Translations under genes and position numbers: made by a program
The notes under the pieces: generated by a model
Database searches by the model: none
The model's input: the letters and a program-made list of their open reading frames with translations, nothing else
What the model was told of the DNA's origin: nothing
In this document: positions 11,101-19,596 of the stretch, one piece after another
How the letters are laid out: every line of letters begins with the position of its first letter
Position numbering within the stretch: the stretch's first letter is position 1
DNA from: an uncultured Fidelibacterota bacterium
GTDB lineage: Bacteria; Fidelibacterota; Marinisomatia; Marinisomatales; UBA1611
Length of the DNA: 64,000 nucleotides
Direction: 5' to 3'
NCBI GenBank assembly: GCA_902611135.1
Contig: CACLYL010000001.1
Coordinates: forward strand, 13,141-77,140

Positions 11101-11564
11101 TGTTTTAGCGATATAAGTCTATGGTTTTTAAACAAGTCTATTAGATTTGTATGAAATAAGGAGTTTGATATATCTTTTAAAAATAAATTTGCAAGTTGTT
11201 GTGATTCATTTGTTTTTAATGCAGTTTCAATCTGCAACGCATTAAGAATCTTATCGCTTTTATTAGGGTATAACTTTTCACCTAAAAATTTTGAAACTTG
11301 GCTTAGTTTATACTTTTCTATTTTACCATTTATCGCTTGTAGATACTGATATATGTACAGAATAAAAAAACTAATTATTGAGAGAATTAAAAATATTACA
11401 ATTTTCCTTTTAATGGCTGGTGTAAAATAAAAAATAGATTCAAATTGAATATAGAGTAAGAAAAACAATAAGTAAAATAACCCAATATATAGAAGACCAA
11501 TCATACCATCTTGCTTTAAAAGGAGCGATCTCGCTCGAATGATTGTGTGTTTAATATCCTTCAT
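8160..11564 (-). CDS. giant membrane-anchored protein: N-terminal TM helices, beta-rich middle, about 450-aa acidic/Gln-rich coiled-coil region (DUF4175-like)
   Basis: 1134 aa with hydrophobic helices near residues 20-75 and 150-170. A beta-rich segment ends in ELTDNDDVSGPKK. The E/K/Q/L-rich heptad-like region maps to roughly 8567-9962. The C-terminus is YSKEHQDMIKYYFNSLDQL. The DUF4175 assignment is from memory and was not searched. Confidence 0.5.
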   Translation of the reverse strand: MKDIKHTIIRARSLLLKQDGMIGLLYIGLFYLLFFLLYIQFESIFYFTPAIKRKIVIFLILSIISFFILYIYQYLQAINGKIEKYKLSQVSKFLGEKLYPNKSDKILNALQIETALKTNESQQLANLFLKDISNSLFHTNLIDLFKNHRLISLKQIFLIFSLCAIFIFSLRYHDSKYAFNRLIKVDEIFYAPKPFSLINLTEELHILGGEVAIIDIKAFGSSPDTVELELSPIQESIKARDSLKLNFYSSVDSNGIYQFKLPRLYQDYSYTAVVRAEHFWEAWKQVSSVPETIYVTDRPDFESFEIIIKPPKYSRLPRTIQEGNLSSIETLKGSQIDIKLESNRILESANISFNSDKIEMSIKNKSATGSFIVNEESSFTVNLFDKRGITNRDPIPYKVKLIPDQYPQLYVKEPKEYIELGSDQTLFIDLELQDDFGFNSLQIGYQVNRPKYLNIEPFISMKKISDLHLDSLIQTIQTYWELTDLNLMPDDEVQFYFELTDNDDVSGPKKTTSKKFVAKVPSLADLYTETEILEGNFIEDLKEESENISDLKSELKDIELETLKTTELTWEQKQSINNSIEKVKAELKKLEEISEAIEAVSEQAEKHDLFSEDLLGKFNELSELIKDIMPEDMFENINNITDSMEEMNMDALNEAINSLAENMDKIQEDLDRYLKVFKRLQAEQKMDELQKRIESLFKQQESLSKKLNEINRNEELVDNQRLMQEEKRVLEELENIKALISEAEQLTEPFNKMTSTDLKDFKKSDNTNQTFSNIEETIKSLSIKNVNLTKQSAANSTQNLQKMNQAMSNIKKEFQNQTVEEMSGRFQAILQDLLYLSSQEEELQSQIRSSSRNSPRLREFASRQQLLQDQLQSVTQKMLELSKETFSITPQMGRAIGKANYGMQEAKKNLTDKNLIMAKENQNNAIIGLNESALEIFNSMQEMQNSGSASGYEQFLSMMQKMSEQQQSLNQQGMQLSLGQMNPSMQSQIMREMLEKQKGIGKTLEQLIKEMKGSGEQNGLGNMNEIKRDIDDVVNDLQRKRFNKKTESRQEKILSRMLDSQLSMTERDYKEERKAVFSTKIIKSNISGLPNDLGQRRSITLKALNSAMRAGYSKEHQDMIKYYFNSLDQLGNDE

Positions 11565-12208
11565 TGCGTAAGAGCATAATATATTATATTGACACCCATC
11601 TTTAAAGCAGCTTCTCTAATTGGCCAAGGATTTTTATGAACATTTGAGTCCTCCCAGCCATCACCTAAGTCTGATTCATACGTATAAAGAACAATCATTC
11701 TCTCTTTTTCAAATAATGCTAGTGCTTGAGCAGGTTTATTGTCATGTTCGTGTATTTTTGGCAAGCCACCAGGTATATTAAAGTATGATTTAAATATAGG
11801 ATGATCATCCGGTAGGCTAATGAACTTTTTACTAGGGAAAACCTTTTTCATTTCTCTTCTAAATGATTTATCCATCCCATAATTATCATCTGCGTGTAAA
11901 AAGCCTCCATTGAGTAAAGACGACCTTAATGCAATAACCTCTTTATTTGAAAGTTTAATGTTTCCATGTCCATTTAAATACATATATGGATATTGATTTA
12001 AATTTTCAGCAGTTAACTTAATTCTAACCTCATCATCATGAACAGACATAGGTGTATTTGATTTCACATAATTTAGAAGGTTAGGTAAACTGCTGGCATT
12101 ACTGTACCAGTCGCCGCCTCCACTGTAATGGATTCGTGCGATACTGAACGATTGAGCTGTAAGATTTACGAGTAAACCCAAACTTATTATGATACTTTTA
12201 ATGTTCAA
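11561..12208 (-). CDS. DUF4159-like secreted protein
   Basis: 215 aa with a signal peptide, followed by ARIHYSGGGDWYSNASSLPNLLNYV. This matches my recollection of the DUF4159 N-terminal motif. It overlaps the downstream giant gene by 4 nt. Confidence 0.6.
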   Translation of the reverse strand: MNIKSIIISLGLLVNLTAQSFSIARIHYSGGGDWYSNASSLPNLLNYVKSNTPMSVHDDEVRIKLTAENLNQYPYMYLNGHGNIKLSNKEVIALRSSLLNGGFLHADDNYGMDKSFRREMKKVFPSKKFISLPDDHPIFKSYFNIPGGLPKIHEHDNKPAQALALFEKERMIVLYTYESDLGDGWEDSNVHKNPWPIREAALKMGVNIIYYALTQ

Positions 12209-12317
12209 AATAATTTTTAAATGATAGTTTAAATTTTAAAAAAGAATGGTAAAATTTAGGAAAGAATTTGTAAGTATCTCTTTTATAAAATAGTTTATAG
12301 TTAAAGTTAGCATAATT

Positions 12318-14171
12318 ATGTATTCTAATAGATTAAAATATTATATTATTGTTCTAATTACAATATCATTATCAAAAGGCTACGATCAACTGATAATAAA
12401 AAAACCTCTATTGTTTCAGAGCCCTTTCAATAAACGAGATTCTGAAAATTATGAAAGTGGGTATGTTTTAAATAAATTGCTTTTTAATCGACAATTTTCA
12501 CATCCAATAACTAGAATTCCCATCGAAATTCGATATGGAATAGGATTTGATGGGAAGACTGCAGGATCTTTTTCTAAAATAGATACTAATTCTTTTGCTC
12601 AAGATCAATCTAAAATAAAATATGCAGAAAATGTAGAGACTCGAATTAATCAAAAATTTGAAAACATCTTTGGATCTTCCTTAGAAATTGACTTTGGACT
12701 GTTGAATATACCGTATTATTTGACCAAAACGAGCTGGTTAAATGTGTTAACTGGCTTTTCATATAGGCAAAGCAAACTTTTTTATCCAGCAGAGGTGCCC
12801 TATGATGAGTGGACTTTTGATAATTCAAATTGGAGTGATAAATTTTACTTTTCTCCCGCATTAAAAGAGTACTTTTTGACCACACATTTTCAATATCAAC
12901 CTTTTAATAATTGGTATTTTAATGTAAGATATTCATACGGACTAGCTAGTGCGAAATTTTATTCTCCAGACAGAGAAGTCACTAGCTCAGTACCTAGTGG
13001 TAAAGGAACCTCTGCTGCAGGAGCTTTAGGAGTTCGTTTTATTTTAGATCCAGGTAAATTAAACCGTTTTACAGTAGGAATGGATTTAAGAAGATCTTAT
13101 ACGAAAATTCATACTATAAATGATCCTAAAGATATAACACCAATAAAAAGCTTCGTTTTACCAAACTGGGGATTATATTTTACTTTATCTGCGTTTTATG
13201 GTGGTAAAAAAACAAGCGGAGATATAGCAAAAAATCAATATTATAAAAAAGATTATATAAACTCTTTGGATACTTTTAAAAAATTCATATCTGAACACCC
13301 AAAACATTCAAATAGATATCGTGCTGAAAATTATATTAAAAAATGTGAGTTTAAGATACCATATCAAATCATGCAAGAAGGTATTGAATACGAGGAAGAG
13401 GCAAAAACCCAAAAAGCTTTAGAAAAATATATTTTTGCTAGATCTCAAGTAAAAAAGGATTCGATAATATCAATGGCCTTAAACAAAAGGATTAATCAGA
13501 TAGCGATTTTATGGTTAGTTGAGGCAGAAAATCTTTTAAATAAGGGTAATTATTACCAAGCGTATAACTTGGTTAAATTAGTTTCGGAATTTTCTGAAAA
13601 AGGAATGAAAGAATTGAGAAGATTTAAATCTTGGGTAGTTTTATCAGAGGGGATATTATATCAAAATGAAAATTTTATTGGTAAAGCTATGAAAACCTAC
13701 TCTGAAGCTTTAAAACTGAACCCAGATTTAATTTTTGAAGTAAAATCTTTACAATATAAAGCAGGGATACAAATGGTTAACCTTGCTAATAAATCGGATG
13801 AAATTGATGAGATTCAATTAGCAATTTATTCTTTAGAATATGCAAAGGAATTATCTGGTGGAATAGGGAAAAAAAATGAGGAGTTATTAGCGGATTTAAA
13901 GAAAAAGATACAATTATTTGATTATCATAAAACCCAATCAATAATAAATGAAAGAATGGATAGGGCAAGAGAATATCAAAATTTAGCTCGAACAGAAAAA
14001 TTAAAGATAGGACAAACTATTCCTGAGGTCCAAAATTTACTTGGTGATCCCCATGAAAAAATATCATCAGGCTTAAATCAACAACAGCAGTTATGGATTT
14101 ATTTTTTAGTTGACCATACTTTACATTTAACTTTTGATAATTACCGACTTTTTAAAATAGAGCAGATTTGA
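12318..14171 (+). CDS. envelope protein: N-terminal beta-barrel-like region, helical-repeat (TPR/BamD-like) region and C-terminal BamE/SmpA-like module
   Basis: 617 aa. Residues about 60-300 show alternating aromatic/polar beta-strand patterns (YFNVRYSYGLASAKFY, NWGLYFTLSAFYGG). The middle is helical-repeat. The C-terminus IGQTIPEVQNLLGDPHEKI...LWIYFLVDHTLHLTFDNYRLFKIEQI resembles SmpA/OmlA. Confidence 0.4.
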   Translation: MYSNRLKYYIIVLITISLSKGYDQLIIKKPLLFQSPFNKRDSENYESGYVLNKLLFNRQFSHPITRIPIEIRYGIGFDGKTAGSFSKIDTNSFAQDQSKIKYAENVETRINQKFENIFGSSLEIDFGLLNIPYYLTKTSWLNVLTGFSYRQSKLFYPAEVPYDEWTFDNSNWSDKFYFSPALKEYFLTTHFQYQPFNNWYFNVRYSYGLASAKFYSPDREVTSSVPSGKGTSAAGALGVRFILDPGKLNRFTVGMDLRRSYTKIHTINDPKDITPIKSFVLPNWGLYFTLSAFYGGKKTSGDIAKNQYYKKDYINSLDTFKKFISEHPKHSNRYRAENYIKKCEFKIPYQIMQEGIEYEEEAKTQKALEKYIFARSQVKKDSIISMALNKRINQIAILWLVEAENLLNKGNYYQAYNLVKLVSEFSEKGMKELRRFKSWVVLSEGILYQNENFIGKAMKTYSEALKLNPDLIFEVKSLQYKAGIQMVNLANKSDEIDEIQLAIYSLEYAKELSGGIGKKNEELLADLKKKIQLFDYHKTQSIINERMDRAREYQNLARTEKLKIGQTIPEVQNLLGDPHEKISSGLNQQQQLWIYFLVDHTLHLTFDNYRLFKIEQI

Positions 14172-15391
14172 TGTTAAAAAAAATATCTTTGAATAGCACA
14201 ATTAGTAATAAATTTCTTTTATTATTGGTATTTTTAGGTTCTATATGTTCTCAATCAGAAAATCGTGACTATGATGAAGAGCTGCGTTATCAAAATCAGG
14301 CAATAAATGGTCTGAGAAAAGAAATTAATAGTTTAAGATTAAAAATTAAGAAAGCGGAATCTAAGGAGAATTCAGCAAAAAATAGAATATCTTCAATTGA
14401 TCAAGAATTAGCTCTTACAAATAAATTGATTCAATCTTTAAAACGTGAGGAAGCAAAAACTAGAAATACGATAGCAAGTTTGAAGGATAATATAACTTTC
14501 AATGAAAATGAACTTGAGAATTTAAAAGCTCGTTATGAGACTAGAATTAAAAATTCCTATTTAAATGGTAGGATTACAGATTTGGAGAGAGTTTTATCTT
14601 CAACGACATGGAGGCAAGCTGTTTATAGAGCTCAATATTTAAAAGTTATATCAGAAATAGAAAAAAAAATAACAAAGAAAATTGAGAAGCTTTTAATTAA
14701 AATAAGTCAGCAAAAAATAGAACTAGAGGTGACCTTAAGAGAAAATCTAAAACTTACTAGAGCAAAAGAAAAAGAAATTGATTCTTATAGGAATATGAGA
14801 ATTTCTAGACAAAAAGAATTAAACCGTATTCGATCTGATAAAAAAGCTTTGGCTAGTTATGTGGATGAAAAAGAAGCAGGAGTTATTCAGTTAGAAAAAA
14901 TTATAAAAAAAGTTTTAGAAGACAAAGCTCGGTTTGAGAGGGAAGCAAGAATTCGTGAGCAGCAATCAATATTGAAAACTAAAAGTTTTAAAGCACTGAG
15001 AGGTAAACTTCCTTGGCCTGCTGAAGGAAGAGTTATTACAAAATTTGGAAGACAATGGAATTCAAAATTAAAAACTACTACCGAAAATCCAGGTATTGAT
15101 ATAAAAGGACAACCGGGATCGGGCATAAAGGCTGTCATGGGTGGTGTTGTAACAACAATAACATATATAAGAGGTTATGGTACTACTATAATAATTGATA
15201 ATGGGGGAGGATTCTACACAGTATACAGTCATGTTACCAATATACAAACCAGTGTTGATAATCAAGTCCGAACCGGAGATGTCATTGCATATATGGGTGA
15301 CTCGGGCTCAATAAATGGTTCTAAGTTGCACTTTGAAATATGGGGTAAGGGTCAAAAGCTTGATCCAGAAAAATGGCTGACCAAGAGATAA
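14168..15391 (+). CDS. envC: EnvC-like murein hydrolase activator (coiled coil plus degenerate LytM/M23 domain)
   Basis: A signal peptide is followed by about 230 aa of coiled coil and a C-terminal M23 domain. In that domain the HxxxD His is Asn (ENPGIDI) and the first His of HxH is Lys (SKLHFEIW). This is the pattern of non-catalytic EnvC-type activators. Confidence 0.75.
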   Translation: MMLKKISLNSTISNKFLLLLVFLGSICSQSENRDYDEELRYQNQAINGLRKEINSLRLKIKKAESKENSAKNRISSIDQELALTNKLIQSLKREEAKTRNTIASLKDNITFNENELENLKARYETRIKNSYLNGRITDLERVLSSTTWRQAVYRAQYLKVISEIEKKITKKIEKLLIKISQQKIELEVTLRENLKLTRAKEKEIDSYRNMRISRQKELNRIRSDKKALASYVDEKEAGVIQLEKIIKKVLEDKARFEREARIREQQSILKTKSFKALRGKLPWPAEGRVITKFGRQWNSKLKTTTENPGIDIKGQPGSGIKAVMGGVVTTITYIRGYGTTIIIDNGGGFYTVYSHVTNIQTSVDNQVRTGDVIAYMGDSGSINGSKLHFEIWGKGQKLDPEKWLTKR

Positions 15392-16506
15392 AAAATTTAT
15401 ACTTTAGTCATGCAAAAGTATGGAGTTTGTTATCTAAAATTAACAAGTCCAAAAAAATTGGTTCAACTTATCTTTTTTCAGGTCCCCAAGGTTCTGGGAA
15501 AGAGGCTATTTCAATTAAATTTGCTCAGTTAATAAATTGTGAACAACAGTTAGAATATCCTTGTGATAGCTGTGCATCTTGTAAAAGATTTTCACGTTTA
15601 CAGCATGAAAACCTTAATATAATTCTACCTCTTCCAACACCAAATAATTCAAAAAATCCTAAAAAGTTCATAGATAAAAAAATAACAGAAATTCTTTCGA
15701 ATGAAATATCATTTAAAGCTAAGGACCTATTTCATAAAATTAAAATTCCTAGAGCGAATAGGATTCTTATTCAATCTATTAGAAATTTAAGATCAAATAT
15801 TTATTTGAAAAGCCTAACTTCAGGCAGAAAGATTGTTATCTTTTTTGATGCTCATATTTTATCTAGAGGTCAAGGAGAATCTGCCAATTCATTACTAAAA
15901 TTGCTAGAAGAACCTCCAAACAGAACAACATTTATTTTGGTCACAGATAAACCAAATTCTCTTTTTTCTACTATTCGTTCAAGATGTCTAGAAGTTAAAA
16001 TTCAAAAGTTTGATCAAAAATTTATAATTAAATGGTTGAAATTGAAAAATATTAAAGAATCTCATTTATTATTAATTGCAGGGTTAAGTGATGGTAATAT
16101 TCACCATGCAGAATTCTTAATTTCTCAGTCTTTTGAAAAGTTTTTGTCATTATTAGGTGAAACCATTAACATTATCACAAACAAAAATTCAGAAGAATGG
16201 AGAACATTTGTTTTGCATTACTCAAAAATGATCACGCAGGATATTGAACTTTTTTATTTTCACTTTTCTATTCTTAAAATATGGTTTCAAAGTTTGAACA
16301 GATTAAAAATGAATTTAGTGCATTTACTTCATGAGACAGCCTTGAAAAAAGGCATGGATAATGTATATAAAAAGTTTCCTAATGCTGATTTTTTTGAAAT
16401 TGTTTTTGAAATAGAAAGAACTAGAGTAGCTCCAATGAGTCAAATTTATATGCCTCTAGAGTTGACAAATTTTCTCATTAGGGTAAAAAAGCATTTAGAA
16501 AAATGA
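15373..16506 (+). CDS. holB: DNA polymerase III subunit delta'
   Basis: Walker-A-like YLFSGPQGSGKEAISIKFAQLINCE, a Cys-rich zinc module CDSCASCKRF, and TIRSRC (sensor motif). Confidence 0.75.
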   Translation: MADQEIKNLYFSHAKVWSLLSKINKSKKIGSTYLFSGPQGSGKEAISIKFAQLINCEQQLEYPCDSCASCKRFSRLQHENLNIILPLPTPNNSKNPKKFIDKKITEILSNEISFKAKDLFHKIKIPRANRILIQSIRNLRSNIYLKSLTSGRKIVIFFDAHILSRGQGESANSLLKLLEEPPNRTTFILVTDKPNSLFSTIRSRCLEVKIQKFDQKFIIKWLKLKNIKESHLLLIAGLSDGNIHHAEFLISQSFEKFLSLLGETINIITNKNSEEWRTFVLHYSKMITQDIELFYFHFSILKIWFQSLNRLKMNLVHLLHETALKKGMDNVYKKFPNADFFEIVFEIERTRVAPMSQIYMPLELTNFLIRVKKHLEK

Positions 16507-17996
16507 GCAAGAATTTTTACGTAACTACACCGATTTACTATGTTAATGATAAGCCTCATATAGGCCATGCTTATACTACAATATTAGCAGATGTGCTTAA
16601 CAGATTTTATCAAATTAATGGCTATGATACATTTTTTTTAACTGGATTGGATGAGCATGGGCAAAAAGTTCAAGAAGCAGCAAAGAAAAAGAATATTGAG
16701 CCATTAGAGCAATGCGATGAAATGGTTCCTCAATTTAAAAATCTTTGGGAAAAGTTGCATATTTCAAACAATGACTTTATTAGAACTACAGAGCCAAGAC
16801 ATGTTTCTGTCGTGCAAGATATTTTGACTAAAGTTTTTAATAAAGAAGATATTTATAAAGATGAATATGAGGGTTTATATTCAGTTTCAGAAGAAAGATT
16901 TATTACTGAAAAAGAAGCTGAAACTGGAAACTTTCGTGATATAAAAAAAATCAAAGAAAAAAATTACTTTTTTAGAATGAGTAAATATCAAAATAAGTTA
17001 ATCAAGTACATAGAATCTAATCCAAATTTCATTCAACCTGAACATCGTAAAAATGAAATTATTGGTTTTTTAGATAAGCCCTTAAATGACCTTTGCATTT
17101 CAAGGCCTAAATCAAGGTTAAGCTGGGGAATTGAATTGCCTTTTGATAAAGAATATGTTACTTATGTCTGGTTTGACGCTCTAATTAATTATTTAACAGG
17201 GATTGGTTTTAAAAAAGACAAAAAACTCTTTGAAAAATACTGGCCTGCCTCTTATCAATTAATTGGGAAAGATATTTTGACAACTCATGCAATCTATTGG
17301 CCAACTATGTTAATGTCATTAGGAATAGAATTACCAAAAACTATATTTGCTCATGGTTGGTGGCTTATTAGTGAATCTAAAATGAGTAAGTCTATTGGGA
17401 ATGTGATAGACCCAATGGAATTAATTAATGAACACGGGGCAGATCCAGTGAGATATTATCTTATGAGAGAAATGGTTTTAGGACAAGATTCAAACTTTAC
17501 GGTTGAATCGTTTAAAAATAGGTATAATAGCGATTTGGCAAATGACTTTGGTAATTTATTAAGCCGAGTATCAACATTAATGAAAAAAAACTTTGAGGGA
17601 AAAATTCCTTTGCCAAATAAAATGACCAAAATGGAAAAAGAAATTCAACTAAAAAGTAAAAACCTAATAGAGAATGTAAGGGGGAAAGTGAAAAATATGC
17701 GCATTAATGAAGCTATCGAGGATATTATGCAATTCATTCGAGGCATTAATAAGTATGTTGAAGTAAGCGCACCTTGGAAAATGGTTAAGGTCGATAAAGA
17801 GAATGCCGGAACTGTGCTTTTTACCGCTGGTGAAGCCCTGAGAATTAGTGCCTTATTGTTAGAGCCTATAATGCCTAATAGAACATCAGAATTATTAGCA
17901 GCTTTTGATGCAAAAGGAACTTCTTTAAATTGGGGAGGCTTAGTCCCTGGTACTATCCTAAAGGATCACGATCCTTTATTCCCCAGATTAAAATGA
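16503..17996 (+). CDS. metG: methionine--tRNA ligase (short form)
   Basis: Class I HIGH motif (KPHIGHAYTT) and KMSKS motif (SKMSKSIGN). 497 aa. Confidence 0.95.
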   Translation: MSKNFYVTTPIYYVNDKPHIGHAYTTILADVLNRFYQINGYDTFFLTGLDEHGQKVQEAAKKKNIEPLEQCDEMVPQFKNLWEKLHISNNDFIRTTEPRHVSVVQDILTKVFNKEDIYKDEYEGLYSVSEERFITEKEAETGNFRDIKKIKEKNYFFRMSKYQNKLIKYIESNPNFIQPEHRKNEIIGFLDKPLNDLCISRPKSRLSWGIELPFDKEYVTYVWFDALINYLTGIGFKKDKKLFEKYWPASYQLIGKDILTTHAIYWPTMLMSLGIELPKTIFAHGWWLISESKMSKSIGNVIDPMELINEHGADPVRYYLMREMVLGQDSNFTVESFKNRYNSDLANDFGNLLSRVSTLMKKNFEGKIPLPNKMTKMEKEIQLKSKNLIENVRGKVKNMRINEAIEDIMQFIRGINKYVEVSAPWKMVKVDKENAGTVLFTAGEALRISALLLEPIMPNRTSELLAAFDAKGTSLNWGGLVPGTILKDHDPLFPRLK

Positions 17997-18080
17997 AATG
18001 ATTGATCTCTTCTAGGGTTTAGTCTACTGTATTTATTTTATAGACTTGGATTAATTATATCAATAATCTCAACATTGTAA

Positions 18081-18800
18081 TTAAACTTTGGTTTTCCCTT
18101 TGAAACTAATTGGTTTGACTTGGAAGTTATATTCATCTACCTTTGGGCCTGGCCGCTAGCCAGCTTTATCAATTGGCTAGGTTCCTCCTTGAGCGCAAAT
18201 GGAGTTTTTTTGCGCAATCTTTCTGTACATTCTATTCAAAAAGTATCCAATTTTTTAAAAATAAGTATGTGTTTTACTATCCCACACACAACAGTTCCTT
18301 GGTTCCTTATCTCCATGACTATATGTTCTATTCATAACGTTATAACCTTGTGCTTTATTATTAAAATGAATGTAATTTTTTTTAAAAACTTTGTCGTCTG
18401 ATAAAAGTTTATATTCATATTCCCCATAGGAATATATATTTTAGATAGAAATTACATCTCCTTCAGGGCTCCTTTTTGGAAATAAAAACTTTATATAAAA
18501 TAGTCTTATATTATTAACCACAATTAGATTGCATTCGCTATAAAGATATCTATTTGATTTGGTAGAAGAATCGTACTTAAATGCTTGAATTATAAAAGTT
18601 CTATGCCAGATATGCATGATGATTGGCAAATTTAAAACGGTTCTATATTGCTCATTCCATCTAATAAGACTTGGTGTTTCCCATACAATAGGATATATAA
18701 TCAGTATATCATTTTCTTTTAAGTTTTCGATAAATATTAAGCAAGCAAAAAAAATAATATATAAATTTACAGAGTATTCTTTAACAAAAATTTGTGCACC
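18081..18800 (-). pseudogene. decayed gene of unknown family: a 240-codon single frame with 4 internal in-frame stops and no canonical start
   Basis: My own minus-strand translation gives one frame from 18800 to the terminal TAA at 18081-18083. It is interrupted only by TAA 18441-18443, TAA 18255-18257, TAG 18177-18179 and TAG 18156-18158. There is no ATG or GTG in the first 57 codons. The plus-strand ORFs listed here look like shadow ORFs. Confidence 0.4.
18156..18215. repeat. two adjacent perfect 7-bp-stem hairpins in a locally GC-rich island
   Basis: Hairpin 1: CTAGCCA (18156-18162) pairs with TGGCTAG (18174-18180), 11-nt loop. Hairpin 2: GCGCAAA (18193-18199) pairs with TTTGCGC (18209-18215), 9-nt loop. 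Both arms of hairpin 1 supply the two TAG stops of the minus-strand frame. Confidence 0.8.
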
Positions 18801-18834
18801 TTAGTGTATCTACCTTACTATTTAAGATAAAAAA

Positions 18835-19596
18835 ATGCTAACAGATAGTCACTGCCATCTTTATTATGATAATTTAAAAAATAATTTAAAAGATGTTTTA
18901 ATTCGAGCAAATGAAATGGGTGTTGATAGATTTATTTGTCCATCAACAAATATGAAAGATGTTCACGAGTGTTTAATGATTGCCAAAAAATATAATAATA
19001 TCTATTGTTCGGCGGGTGTTCATCCCCATGATACGAATAAAGTTTCTAAAAATTACACGGGTGAAATATTTGAATTGATGAATGAAAAATTAATGATAGC
19101 AGTTGGAGAGATTGGCTTAGATTATTTTAGAAATATCTCAAGTAAAGAAACTCAAATAAAATGTTTTAAAGAGCAACTAAAAATAGCTCAAGAAATTAAA
19201 AAACCTGTTATTATTCATAATCGTAATTCGGATAAAGATATGGCTAGAATTTTAGAACAATTTTCAGAGGTTAAAGGTGTTGCTCACTGTTTTTCAAGTG
19301 ATATTGATATGGCAAAAAAGTTTTTAGAGCTCGGGTATTATATTTCCTTTTCGGGGAACTTGACGTTTAAAAATAGTCACTTACCAGAGGTTGCCAGACA
19401 ATTACCATTAGATCGTATTTTAATTGAAACTGATTCACCATTTTTAAGTCCTGCGCCATACAGAGGGAAGCCGAATGAGCCTGCTAGGGTTAGGTTTGTA
19501 GCAGAGAAATTAGCAATCATATTCAGATTACCTTTAGAAAAAATAGCAGAAATAACTTCTGAAAATACATCTGCAATCTTTGGAATTAATGATTAG
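18835..19596 (+). CDS. tatD: TatD-family metal-dependent hydrolase/DNase
   Basis: N-terminal DSHCHL, internal GEIGLDY and C-terminal ETDSPFL motifs. Confidence 0.9.
   Translation: MLTDSHCHLYYDNLKNNLKDVLIRANEMGVDRFICPSTNMKDVHECLMIAKKYNNIYCSAGVHPHDTNKVSKNYTGEIFELMNEKLMIAVGEIGLDYFRNISSKETQIKCFKEQLKIAQEIKKPVIIHNRNSDKDMARILEQFSEVKGVAHCFSSDIDMAKKFLELGYYISFSGNLTFKNSHLPEVARQLPLDRILIETDSPFLSPAPYRGKPNEPARVRFVAEKLAIIFRLPLEKIAEITSENTSAIFGIND

Noticed and set aside
18140-18215. Possible SRP (4.5S) RNA or other structured RNA, suggested by CCAGGCCC...AAGG on the minus strand
   Set aside because: The conserved SRP helix-8 motif (GGAAG...GCAGCC with a symmetric loop) is absent, and the resemblance is only a few bases. 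It is kept only as an unexplained hairpin pair in the findings.
18120-18401. Plus-strand ORFs (93 and 64 aa) in the metG-tatD gap
   Set aside because: They overlap each other, have non-ATG starts and are hydrophobic and low-complexity. The minus-strand frame across the same region is far more coding-like despite its stops.
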